Source: Chrysomallon squamiferum (lineage: Eukaryota > Animalia > Mollusca). Taken from it: DNA of 64,000 bases. How positions within the stretch are numbered: the first letter of the stretch is position 1; every line of letters begins with the position of its first letter. The position numbers were made by a program, and so were the translations under genes. This document shows, one piece after another, positions 1 to 13,100 of this stretch. The notes below the pieces were generated by a model. That model saw only the letters and a program-made list of their open reading frames with translations. It did no database searches and was not told the DNA's origin. Location: contig CM022672.1 in assembly GCA_012295275.1 (NCBI GenBank), positions 1,674,001-1,738,000 of the forward strand, in the 5' to 3' direction.

Positions 1-564
1 AGAAAAAGAAAATTATACACTTTTCAATTTATATAAATTATAATTCAAACAACAAAAATGCTATTGAAATGACTAGTTTGATACAGTTTATATCAGTTCA
101 GCATAATTACAAACCATGGCAAATAAAACACAAAGGCCAGCATATTTAATCTGGGATAGAAACAACCTTGAATCAGAGCTATTTGGTTACATGTTGGTTG
201 ACAGAAACTGTTGACATATTCAGGTAACATAAGAGCAGTGAAGTACTTCAACCATACAAACACACTATGGGGTTAAATATAAAGTTATTTTCTATATACT
301 GTATTGTTTTCTCAAAGATTAAAAATGAGAAAGTTCCCTGAAAACAGAATAACAAAAACAAAAGCAGTTATTTCCTATTCTGAATAGAGATCCATATTTG
401 ACTCATGTGATGAAAAGAGAAACATGAAATAAGATTTTAAAAAATACAAGAGAAAAAGATATATATATTTAACAAAATAATTTTAGAAATTACAAGTGGG
501 AATGATGAAATGTGCTTAAAAGAAGAGTAAAATTAATATTTGTAAACTGCATTAATTATTATTA

Positions 565-604
<40 letters not shown>

Positions 605-995
605 AACAATAAGTACTGTAAAGGTAAAAAATAAAATGTATTTTTATTATGGGAAATGCAGATGTTCTGAAAAACAGAATATAAAACAATCACTCAAGTA
701 ACACTGGAAACGATGATGATAAATACTGTCCTGGAACAAAACCTTTTTAGTCCAATGTAATAAGTGTAAAATATTAAGTTATTTTTCTAAACAGTCTGCA
801 TACTTTAAACAGTGTATATAAATTACAATAATAAAACTTTAATACAGAGACATTTAGCATAATTCATGAATAAAATATGAGCTAAAAACATATTTGTTTC
901 ACTATTCAAAACAAATATTCTTCTGTGAAGTTCATTAAACTGGGAATAAACAATCTTAGCAGCCCATAAAATTTACCAAAAATACAAAACAAACC

Positions 996-1026
<31 letters not shown>

Positions 1027-2618
1027 CCAAACCTTTTGATAATTACATCTTTTTTCTTTTATAACAATTATTATTTCAAACAGATTCTGTTTCCAGCTAC
1101 AGAGGTACTGGTGTAATATATATCCATAACAGAACAGATACACAATTAACTAAGAATACTCACAAGTAACCACTAGCCTTAGGGTGGAAAGTAAAAATGA
1201 CACTCTGCCAATGCAGGTAATCTTTCAATTCATTACCTGACAAAAGACAGGACACTGGTCATGGAATACAACACGTACCAATATAATAACAGTGTTTACT
1301 TTTGGAATACTTGCTGAACCTGCCAGCCGTAGATGTAGGAATCTTGTCATTTCCTGTCAGCATAAAACGAAAACCTGCTGCAAGAAACAATTAGGCCTCT
1401 GCAGGTGTCAGGAAATAAATTTACTTCAAGTAATAAAGATAGTCCATAAAATGACAGCAGGTAACCACTTTTTATAAATATATACAAGTTATGATTTTTT
1501 TTTTTTTTTTAACGCAAAGATATGAAAACAAATCTTTTTATGTATGGGCATGTGTGTCTGCATATGTGTGCATATGCATGTGCATGTTTGCAGCTGTTCA
1601 ACTATGTGTATATATTGGATATTATGATTTTATTTCTAAATATAGAAATATTTCACTAAATGGACAATTGTTGTTACAACTATTTCCTTTCAAAAAGTGG
1701 ATCGTTTGATTTTCAGAAGACACTTAAGCATTCTACGACACCATTAAACTGCAGGCATTAACACTCTGTGTTATTTAACCTGGATACAAACAAACTACCT
1801 GCTGCCAGTCCTCTGTTAATCAGATGTGTGAGGATATTTTTTAACAAATACAATTTATTTTATTAACAAACAAAGCTATATCATATTTCTCTGATGTGTA
1901 CAAACATTTACATATAATGCTATAATGTACATATGTGTAATTTTAGATCTGATATATTTCAAGACATTTGATTTTAATTCCACACCTGTTTTGCAAACAT
2001 ATATTAGACAAAAACAGAGCTATTTTGTTTAGCTGAAACACAGATTTAATGGAATAAATGCAAGAAATAAAATAGTAATTACAAATTACTTTATTTTTTT
2101 ATTATTTTTTTATTTATTTCCTTTTTTATATCTGTTTCATAGTAATTACTTCAATAAGATATTCAAGGAATCAAATAATTTGATTTGACTTAAATAAATG
2201 AAACTAAATACATAAAACTAAATACACTTAACACTATTATATATATGTATTTTTGGATTTGTGTATTAATTTTTTGTTAGGTTTAGGATGCTTTTTTAAA
2301 AATTATTATTATTATTTTTTAATAATTATCTAAAGTGTTTTCCTATAGCTTTTTAAATTAATATTATTTGGTTAATTCTTATAACAATAAAAAAAATAAT
2401 AAATATTATTATTATTTAATTTATTTATTTACATTTATATTTGTTTTCTATCTACTAATTTCTTGCTAATTATCTACTATTTAAATTATCTGTGTACATT
2501 ATTTACATCCTACAAAATTATTAAAAATTCTTGCCGACTATGTATTTAACTAATGAAGTGAACACAGCAGGTTAATAGACATTAATGGTTAAATTAATTA
2601 ACATTATTATTAAAGAGA

Positions 2619-2682
<64 letters not shown>

Positions 2683-2914
2683 CCCCATTCCATATCGAAA
2701 TGCATAGCAATAAAATGACCAATAACATAATACGCATAGCTTAAGTTACTTATTGACAACAAAATTAACAGCTATGCTGTACATAGTGTTTAAGTGTATA
2801 TACAAAACATGCAGGAGCTCTCTGCTTTAGCTACTGCTTAAATTATCAGGTTTTTAAAAAAATATTATAAGAAACTAATTAAAAATTGCAATCATAAATA
2901 AAAGCATCAAATAC

Positions 2915-3431
2915 CTTTTTTTAAAAGCTGCCAAAATCCTTTTCTGTACAGGCTTTTTGCAGCATCTTCCTACAAGAATGTTTTTATGTTTCACCGAGAC
3001 GCAATCGTTCCCGACGAAAGCTTTGTGTAGTAACGTGAAACGTCACATTTAGGAGCACATTGTTTGATTATGTCACAGGGTATTTATAGCAACCGTATTC
3101 TAAACAAGAAGTTGTGACTAGTGGACAGTTATTGATGTATGCTATGTTCTTGGTATCTTAGTGTAATGGAAAAATAATAAATAAATATCGTTAGCATATA
3201 CTTTATGCACACAACACACTCAAAAAAATGGATGTAATTATTATTATTATTATTTCCAAACTTCAAGGCATACTTGAATTTTAGAATTTTAACATCTTAA
3301 AATAAAAATTATGACACTTTTAAGACCAGTCTGAAATAATGTTATTTGTTGATTAAAACTGTTTTATTTCTTTCATGGGTATCTTGGATGTATGCCTATT
3401 TTCAATATAAAATTAGTACAGTTAGTACAAT

Positions 3432-3494
<63 letters not shown>

Positions 3495-4100
3495 GTAATA
3501 ATGACAGTTACAACCACAACAATAATAAAATCGACTGTTCAAAATTAATACTATTAGAATCTGTTAGGCAGCTATTATATCATATTTTGTCACAAAATTG
3601 CACGTGATACACTTCTTTCGTATACGTTTTAAACCACTTCCTGTTGTGTGTTAAAAATCAAAACAAAGTATTTCGTTTGTTTGGGTCATCTTATAAATAA
3701 TAAAGCTATTGCAGGGAATTTTGTGAATATAAATTACATAATTCAATAAAAATTTATAGACTGTTTGTAATAAATGACAAACGTTTTTAGAATCCTAGAT
3801 ATATTTTGTATTATCACACGACGTCTGCTTTTTTTCTTATCTACTTTCGCTTAGCAGGAAAGAAATCGTTTTCGACTTGAATTAGTTTCAGTTCTTACAG
3901 ACTCAGCTCTCAGGTAATCATTTTCATTATCTCATTAATATACTTATTAATATTGTAACATTTAATATTAACCGCATGTTATATATGATTCCTAATATTA
4001 AACGGTGTTATTTGGAGATGAAACAGGTGCGCGCTGATACATCATACTCAGTTATAATTTTACTGGTTATGAAGTTAAAAATAAATAATTATGATGACGT
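2915..4100. promoter_or_regulatory. CpG-enriched probable promoter region of XPR1, possibly bidirectional; candidate non-coding first exon ending at 3913
   Basis: CpG dinucleotides are locally concentrated in otherwise CpG-poor DNA. E-box CACGTG at 3601-3606 and ETS-like CACTTCCTG near 3635. Plus-strand donor CAG|GTAATC at 3913/3914. The first coding exon has an acceptor at 5253/5254 upstream of the ATG, so a 5' UTR exon is required. A minus-strand donor (AAG|GTATT) lies near 2914. Confidence 0.5.
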
Positions 4101-4289
4101 GATCTCATAGAAGATTGAATCTAACATAGATTTATACACAGATTGAGAACTGAAGTTATACTACACATACACACTCATTCACATACATTGTTTCATATAC
4201 ATACCAAGTGTGCATATTTTTGTCTGCCACTTTCATATTTTCTTAATAGTATAATACAGTTCGAATATCTAAAAAAAATAATATATGTG

Positions 4290-4332
<43 letters not shown>

Positions 4333-5287
4333 TATACATGTATGAGGTATTTATTCATATACCTTTATTATTATATTTATTATTTACATTTACATTTACG
4401 TTTATATTTATTTATTTATTTATTTATTTATTTATGTAGATATGTATTCCTTTATTTGGCATAACTTCATAAATGCAATTGTGTTTTGATTCATACACAC
4501 ATACATATGGACTTACGTATATATGCATGCATACATACATGTATATATTGCTGTCCATATTTAATATGACATGGAAAATTATTACTAACCTAAAAATCAT
4601 TAAGTATGCTGCTATTTTTAGAATCATTGATTGATGGTGGTCAGAACTGATATTTCTAGTTCGTATTAAATTACTAGTTCGTTTGGTAACAAAAGCAAAT
4701 TCTTTGAAACTGTCAGTTACCTGTCAGTAACAACAAATGAATTGTGTTTTCTTTCTTGTTCATTGTAAATGGAGCCTGCCATTTTAGCTATATTTTGATA
4801 CAAAAGCAGCAGCCTTATGGTGTAGTTAATAAATAAATAAGCTTGGATGGCAATCAGGATATATTTTGTTTCCATTTCTTAGATCTAAAAACAGATTATT
4901 ATTATTTTCACATTTATATTCAAATAAGTTAATAATAAGAATGTATTAATTCACTTCTGTTTAATTGTTTTAAGGATTAAAAGGGTAAGCAATATATACT
5001 AAAGACTAAAATGATTTTAGAAGCAATATTTAAGATATCTTGTAGTATTTGAAAATTTCACTAGTCTTAAATACGATTAAAATGTTTAAAATATTGATGT
5101 TAATATATTGCCATTATAAAGTATTAATATTTAATACAAAAATGATCTGTTGGGATTTAGTTATTTTAAGTCATTAAATGTTTTAATTATAATTTTGTTA
5201 TTTTGTTATTTTGTTATTATTTTTTTTAATATATATTAATTTTTTTCCTTCAGATAATGATACTCTATCAATAAATCTGAAACCATA

Positions 5288-8200
5288 ATGAAGTTTGCTG
5301 AACATTTGGGTGCTCATATTACTCCAGAATGGAGAAAACAGTATATTCAGTATGAGGTGAGATATAAGTTTGTATGTACCAATCTATTTAAATGCATTTA
5401 TGTGAAAATTAAACTTTTCAAATGTATAAATTCCTACCTAATTGAATACTTAGACAAAATGTTTTGTTTATATTCAATACCATTAAATATATTTCTTTTA
5501 ATTTAATTTATTCTAGTACATTTAGTCAATTATCATAAACATCATGTGTTAAAAAGACACATAACTGATGCACCAGTTCAAAAGAAATTATAACCATGAA
5601 CTGTATTTAAAAAATAAAAAATGCACATTTAGTGATCTTTAATTAATGCTATCTGTATATTATAATATATTAATGAAATAATTAACAATATAAATCAAAA
5701 CATTTAAAATAAATATCTTTCAGTATTTGTTTTTAAGCGCCTGTAGATATTCATTTATAAATAATTTTCAGGTGATGAAAGAAATGCTTTATGCAGCACA
5801 AGAGCAATCACCATCAGCAGAAGGTGTGTTACATGACTATATTATTTATTCACAGAGTAAAACTGGACATTTTTAGTCTTCAGATTTAAATGTCTAGGGA
5901 TATCAGTTACTGCTCATAGTAATCCACTTAACATTAGAATTTTTGTGGGTGTGTGTTTTTTGTTTTATTTGTTATTGCTAAGGTTTTTAACTTACAGAGT
6001 ATAGGTGTAAACAGATACTGTGTATATTAACATTACATTTTATTTAAAAATAAGTTACCACAGTCCATCAATAATCCTTAGAAATATATTTATTTTATAA
6101 TAAAATTCTGATTTTTGAAAAAAAACAATTATTTCTAAAATTTATAGCAGATAGTTCATTTTTTAATGTTATTAGTATTAACATTTTTTATTTTTTATTT
6201 TTTATTTTTTTTCAGTTGTTGACCAAAGTACTATTCAAAGATTCCAAGCAAGATTTGATGAAGAGTTTTTCCAGTTTTGTGACAAAGAGTTAGCTAAGAT
6301 AAATACATTCTTTCTTGGTATGTTATTTTAACTGTTCTGATATATTGTTATAGGATTTGGGGAAGATTTTTTTTTTTTTTTTTAGATTTTTATTATAATA
6401 TTTCATTTTATTTTATTTTATTTTTTATTATTATATATCAATTTTTTTTTTTTTTTTTTAATTATCATCTTTTTTTTTTGATAAAAATGAGTTTTTTGTA
6501 CTTCCATAATAGAAAAACTATCTGAAGCTACCAGGAAGTATGCCAGCCTCAAAGCTGACCTGGAGGCCTACATGGAACATGCATCTCAAACTGGAACCTT
6601 CAGACTGCGAAACCGACAGTCCAGCATCTACGCTCGTTTCAAGGACAAGGAGAAGACTGGCGTGACACACATGCGAAAGCTGCACGACCTGAAACTGGCT
6701 TTCAGTGAATTCTACCTCAGTCTCATCCTGCTGCAGAATTACCAGACACTCAACTTCACTGGCTTCAGAAAAATCCTCAAGAAACACGACAAGGTGAGCT
6801 AATTAAGTCCTTCCTACTTCCAGTCACTGAGATGTATCCAGGGACATTTTTTTGTAGTGATTTTTCTTTGGTATTATTTGTGTATGTATGTAAGTATGTA
6901 TAATCTATTCAATTCCTTTATTTAAAAAACCCAGTATTTCTAGTAAAATATACACACAAATACATACATACATACATACATACATACATACATACATACA
7001 TACATACATTTACACACAGACATCCATCCATCCATACATACATACATACAGTCACAAACAGACATTTAGACATACATGTATACCTAAAAAGGTAAATACC
7101 CCTTTCTGATTCATTTTACTATTTTTATTCAGTTGATGAACACAAACTTGGGTACCGAATGGCGTGTAGCTCATGTGGAAACAGCACCATTTTACACCAA
7201 CAAAGAGGTTGACCACTTAATTGTCGACACAGAGGTTAGATGGCATCCTTGGAAACAGAGCCCATTTTTTTATACAAACTGAACTGATATCAACAACTAC
7301 AATAACCCATAAACACTTGCTAAAATAAAAAAAATTCTAGAATATAATTTTTTTTTTTTTCTTTTAAAGTCCAAAACATCTACATCACTAAATATGTAAT
7401 TAAAAAATATATATCTTGTTACATTTTATGATTATTTTGTTCTGGATTTCATGTTTTTAATTTTTTAATTTTTGTTGTTTTTAATATTTTTTTAAATATT
7501 TATTTTATAGGTCATAGTGAAAATGGAGGATATTATTTTCCATTTAAAAGTTACTGTTGTGTAATGTAATGGTTAGGCAGCAGTTTGTTTTATATTTGAA
7601 GTAGTAAATTTCAAATTTGTTTTGCAGCAAAGTGTGACGTCAGATCTGGAAGGTGGAAATCGCCAGAAAGCAATGAAAAGACTGAGAGTTCCTCCACTTG
7701 GTGATCATGTGAGTGTTAATATCATCCTCATCATCATCATGATTGTTGTTGTTATTTTGCTTACTACTTCTATTACTATACTACTATTAATCTCTGAAAT
7801 ATGAATAAATCAGTATGTCTCTGAGCATTTGAACCTATCTCCTGAGTACCATTTTGATTTCCTGCATGTCTACTGTATGTAGAGTTACTGCAGAATGTCT
7901 GGTGTTGAATATCATATTTCATAATTCACAATATCCATGTATCATTGCCTTCTACCCTGTTTCATATTTTCCTGTTAAACAGGATTATCCACCTTGGTAA
8001 GAAAAAATTAATAAATATTATAAATATTAGTGGGTTTTTTTGTGTTAAAGTGATAATTTATTATTATTATTATTAATTTATTATTATTATTATTTAGAAC
8101 TTGAAACAGTAAGAAATAATTGGATGGATGGACCTGTGGATGTATACATGGATGAATGGATATATGTAGGTATGTCTCAGTGAGTGTGTGTGTGTGATTA

Positions 8201-10130
8201 AAAATAACAGTTCTAAGGAGCCCAAATAAAAATAACAAAAACAGTAAATAACAATAAGCAAAGAATCTCCACTGCAGTTTATAAATTATTAATACTGGTA
8301 CCCAGGCAAGAAATGTACATGGCTACAAATTGAAAAATATAAGAATGAATTATTTTTGTTAGTTATGAGATAACCATAAATTATTATTTTTAAAAAAAAA
8401 CCCGCATAATATAACATAATCTTAATTTACCTTTCCACTTCCAGCAAAATCCGTGGACGAATTTTAAAGTTGGTTTGTTTCTTGGAATGTTCACCATTCT
8501 CCTAGTTGTTATTGTAATGGCAGGTATGTGTTTTCAAAGATATCCTATTTCCTATTTTTTAATTCTTTTGCTTAATGTCTTTAAGTCAGACTTGGTATCA
8601 TAGATTATAGGTTTTTATTTTCTTTGCAGTGTCTATCTGCATGCTAACAGAATTAGCTAGTTCTTGGGATTGGTTTGAAACTTCTAAGCAATCTGGGTAT
8701 TTTCCATAAGAAATTATTTTATTTAATTAAACTATTACTTGATAGAGAATTGCTTAGCAAAATTAGTAAATTGTTTTTCTTTATGTTTGTAAAAATAAAT
8801 TGGTTAAATTTAAAAGGTCAGAAGACACAATCATGTTTCTATTTTTTAAAGTATTTTTATGTATTTTTTTTTTTTTTTTTATCATTTTACTATTATAGGT
8901 ACAGTAAATTATAGGGAAATTAGTTTTTAGCATAGTGCCTAGAGAAAAAGATGTTTTTTTCTAAGTTGTTTAAAACACTAATAAATTGGTTTTTGTCATT
9001 TAATATTAATAGGATCATCATTTTTATTACTAAATTATTATTATAATAAATTGGTTGTAGCTAAATGATTAGGGAACACCAACATTTTTATTATTATAAT
9101 AATAAATTCATTTTAGTTAATTGATTAGAGGTCACCAGTATTTTCCTTACTTAAAATTGATGTAATGACAATATTGATAATAAATTATAAGGGAAAATGT
9201 ACATAATATTAAGACTTTTAAATTGTTATTATAATAATAATAAACTAGTTGAAGCATGTTAGACAGCACTGGTCATCATACTGACCATTATATAATATTT
9301 AAAACATGAAATGAACAATACAATAGAATAGTTTATATATAAGTTTATCTAGATGTAGTCTTAATTTTTAACAAAACACACAGACAAAATGAAACTGTCA
9401 ACATTAAAACCTCGAATCAGGCTGTGAAATTCTTTTCATAATTTAATATTTCAGGACTGCCTTCATTTGAACACGGTACATATAAAAATAATTATATGCA
9501 AGAAATTTAGCCTTTAATGGATTTTTTTATTTTATGTTTATAAAATTTCTTGGTTGATTGGTTGTGGGAAGTTTGAGTTTATATTCTTTTGTTGTGTCTT
9601 GTTGACTTTAAGATTTTATTTCTGTTTTTTATTTAACAATTTGTTTGTATTGTCTTTATTTTCAAGAAGAAATGAAAATTAATTAATTAATTTAACATAA
9701 CATGCAATTTTAAACTAAAAATTTAAATTTAAAATGTAAGCAATACTGCTTGTTATTAAATAAACAATGGCCTTCATTTCTATGAAAACACTAAAACTAA
9801 ATTTTAAATTATTATTATGCCTTCACAAACATAAACATTTTGATATCATTTAAGCAATATCAAAAAATATTTTTTTCAGTGATAAATGTATTGTTTCCAA
9901 AATTATGAAGATAACAACAGACATCGTTCTTTTTTATTTTTATTTTTTATTTATTTTACTACTAATACAGTTTAAGTGCATGTTGGTTTTTCTAACATTT
10001 AAAGTTTTTTTAAAAATGCATGCATCATGCTATGACTTCCATTATTATTATTATTATTATCATTGATCTTAAATACCAAATTATATATATCTATAAAAGT
10101 TTATTATGTTTTCACCATCTTTTTCTTCTT

Positions 10131-10161
<31 letters not shown>

Positions 10162-13100
10162 TTAAAATTATCTTTTTTTCTTCTGTTACATGTCTGATTG
10201 TGAAAACACATTAGCTGACAAACATTCACAGAATATTATCACAAAATCAACAGATAAATAACAGAAACAAATGTTCTGTCAAAATAAGTATGCACTCAGT
10301 TTTGTTACCTTTAACTAGGTCATCACACCTGTTATTTAATATCTTAATATCCATTTCAGTTTGCTTTTTAATCACATCATTAGCCTTATAAATAATATAA
10401 GAATTTTTTATTTTTTATTATTTATTAAATTAGTTATTGCTTCATTTTACTTAAAACATTTATTGGCTTATTTAATATCATTGCCATATTATATTGCATT
10501 TTTTTGTATTTTCAACATTTCAAATTGAGAAGATATTAGTTTCAAATTAATCTTTTTTTTTAAATTTAAAAATAAAAATCTGACAAGAATTTGTTTGTTA
10601 TATGATTAATTTTTGTAAATGGATTTTTCTCAGTAATTAAAATGTTCAAAAATAAATTAATTAATTAATTAAAAACAACAACAACAAAGAACGACAAAAA
10701 GAAAGCAAAACATATGTAACTTACAATTACATTACATTTTGTTTTCAAGTCAGTTTTGTGTGTCAGTGTTAGCATTCAAATATAGCTAAGATATTTGACG
10801 TGTTATTTATTTATTTAGATTTGTTTTTATTACTATTTTTTATTTTTTGTTTATATTGTTATTATTTATAAATTGTATTTTCAGCTATGTCCTTAAACGC
10901 TCATAAAGACACCAATGTTGAGTGGATACCTGCCCTGAGAATCTTCCGTGGTTTCTTCCTTATTATTTTCCTCCTTTTCTTACTGGGACTGAACACCTAC
11001 GGTTGGAGGTCATCAGGGGTCAATCATGTCCTCATCTTTGAAATAGATCCCCGAAATCATCTGTCGCATGCTCAGTTCTTAGAGGTACAGTGACAGTATT
11101 AAAAATATATTGAATTAAAGATAATTAATATTAATAATTAATATTTAACAAGCAAACTGTCTTTTTATATTCAGAACACCTCTGATGCAACTATCCTTGT
11201 CTGAAACTAAAAATGTAAAAATGCCAAAAGTGTTTTACTTTTTATTTCTTTTTTTTAAAATTATTATTTCTGTTCCTAGCTTTTTGTTGCATAGAAGAAC
11301 AACATACAGAGATATCTTATTATATTCCAAAATTAAAAATTTGAAAAATCTGAGATAAATTTTAGTCACATGTAATTTGTCATGCTTAATACTTTATTAC
11401 ATAAGGCTGATAAGCATATTCGAAAAGGTAAAAATGGTTTGATACATGTATTCATATCATAAATGTCTGTGAGTGTCAGTATGTTTGTATGTGCTTGTGT
11501 GCGCCTTTATTTATTTTGCAGTTTATAATATTTATTACATTTTAGGAAAACTCCCAAAAGACACATGAAAGATATATTTCTTATTACATGCTTTTGTTGT
11601 TGTTTTGGAGGCTTTTTTGTGTGTGTGTGGTTTTTTTTTAAATTATTATTATTATTTTTATTATTGATATTTAATAAATAATATGAACAGGGTGTTTGAT
11701 AACCTCAGTAAATATCTTTGCTTGGTTTCAGCTGGCTTCGTTCATGGCTGTGTTGTGGTCTGTGTGTGTGTTGGGATACGAATTCAGCGACTATCTGTCT
11801 GTCCACTCGATGATCTTCCCTCTCGCCCTGGCAGTTGGCATGCTTCTCTTTCTCATCAACCCCATCAAGATTGTCTACTACAGGGCTCGGATGTGGCTTC
11901 TCAAAGTTCTGGTAAAACATATGTGTAAATCTTTTTTATTTTTTATTATTTTAAAATTATTTATTGTCCATTAATCACGAGTAGAGCCAGATTTAGAGGT
12001 TCTGACTATTGGTTTACACTGATTGGAAAATAATAATTAAAATATTCATAATTATATTATAGTGTGCTGTCTGAGTTTACACTTTAAGTAAAATTTTAAA
12101 TATTATTATTTTTATATATTACTAATGAATGTGTCTGTATGTATGTAAAAATCATATATTTTATTAAACATATATATATTATTGTTGTTTTATGTAATTA
12201 ATTTAAACTGTAATCCCCATACATACAAACACACACATACACACATACATACACACATGCACACAAAAACACAAATAACAAGACATACACTGATACAGAA
12301 GCCTATTAATATTATAATTTTGTGCCAGTCTGCAATAAACAACAAATCGTTTCTTTTCAGTTCCGTATTTTCACAGCACCATTCCACCATGTTGGATTTG
12401 CAGACTTCTGGCTGGCTGATCAGCTGAACTCTCTTACTACTGTCCTTCTAGATTTTGAATACCTCATCTGCTATTACTCTTTTGAAGTTGACTGGCTGGG
12501 TCCTAACAGTAAGTAACATGAAGGAAGAAAGACAAGTTCTACTTAACAGCACATTTTTATTTTTATCTGCTCTTGTAGAGTGTTACTGTGGGAAGTCTGG
12601 TGGAAGATAGTGTGAAGGTCAAAATGGAGCGATGAGGATATTTCTTGAACTAATCTAAAATCAAAAGTCCAGATTTTCCAAAAGGTGTTATAAATTGCAA
12701 AAAATAAATAATGTAGAATATTACACAGAACTAAATTTGCTTTAAATTCAGAATGATGAATAATGTACAGAATTAAATTTACTTTAAACTCACAGTTTTT
12801 ACTTATTGTGGTGGCATGATCACATAGTGATGCCATTATCAAAACACAAAAAATAGAATAATGTTATTTATCTGTGAAGAAACACAGACCAAACAAATAG
12901 ATCAACTACCTAAAGGAGACATCTTTCAGAAGCTTTGCAGGACAGGTTCAAATTTCATAAGATTGAAGGATATTTCCAAGATTATGTCCAGATATTCAAA
13001 TAGTTGTCTGTTAAATGGAGGGTCCATTGTAATTTAAAATATAAAATTGAAATTTACTAAACAGAGACAACTTAATGCATTTCTAAAGCAGTTTTCTGGT

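Noticed and set aside
3601-3606. CACGTG upstream of a phosphate exporter, reminiscent of the yeast Pho4 site
   Set aside because: This is a generic bHLH E-box. Animals lack the Pho4 pathway, and a single hexamer is not evidence.
12579-12640. Purine-rich exon-like block after a TTGTAG acceptor in XPR1 intron 10
   Set aside because: It has an in-frame stop in the required phase and no convincing donor; exons 10 and 11 join in frame without it.
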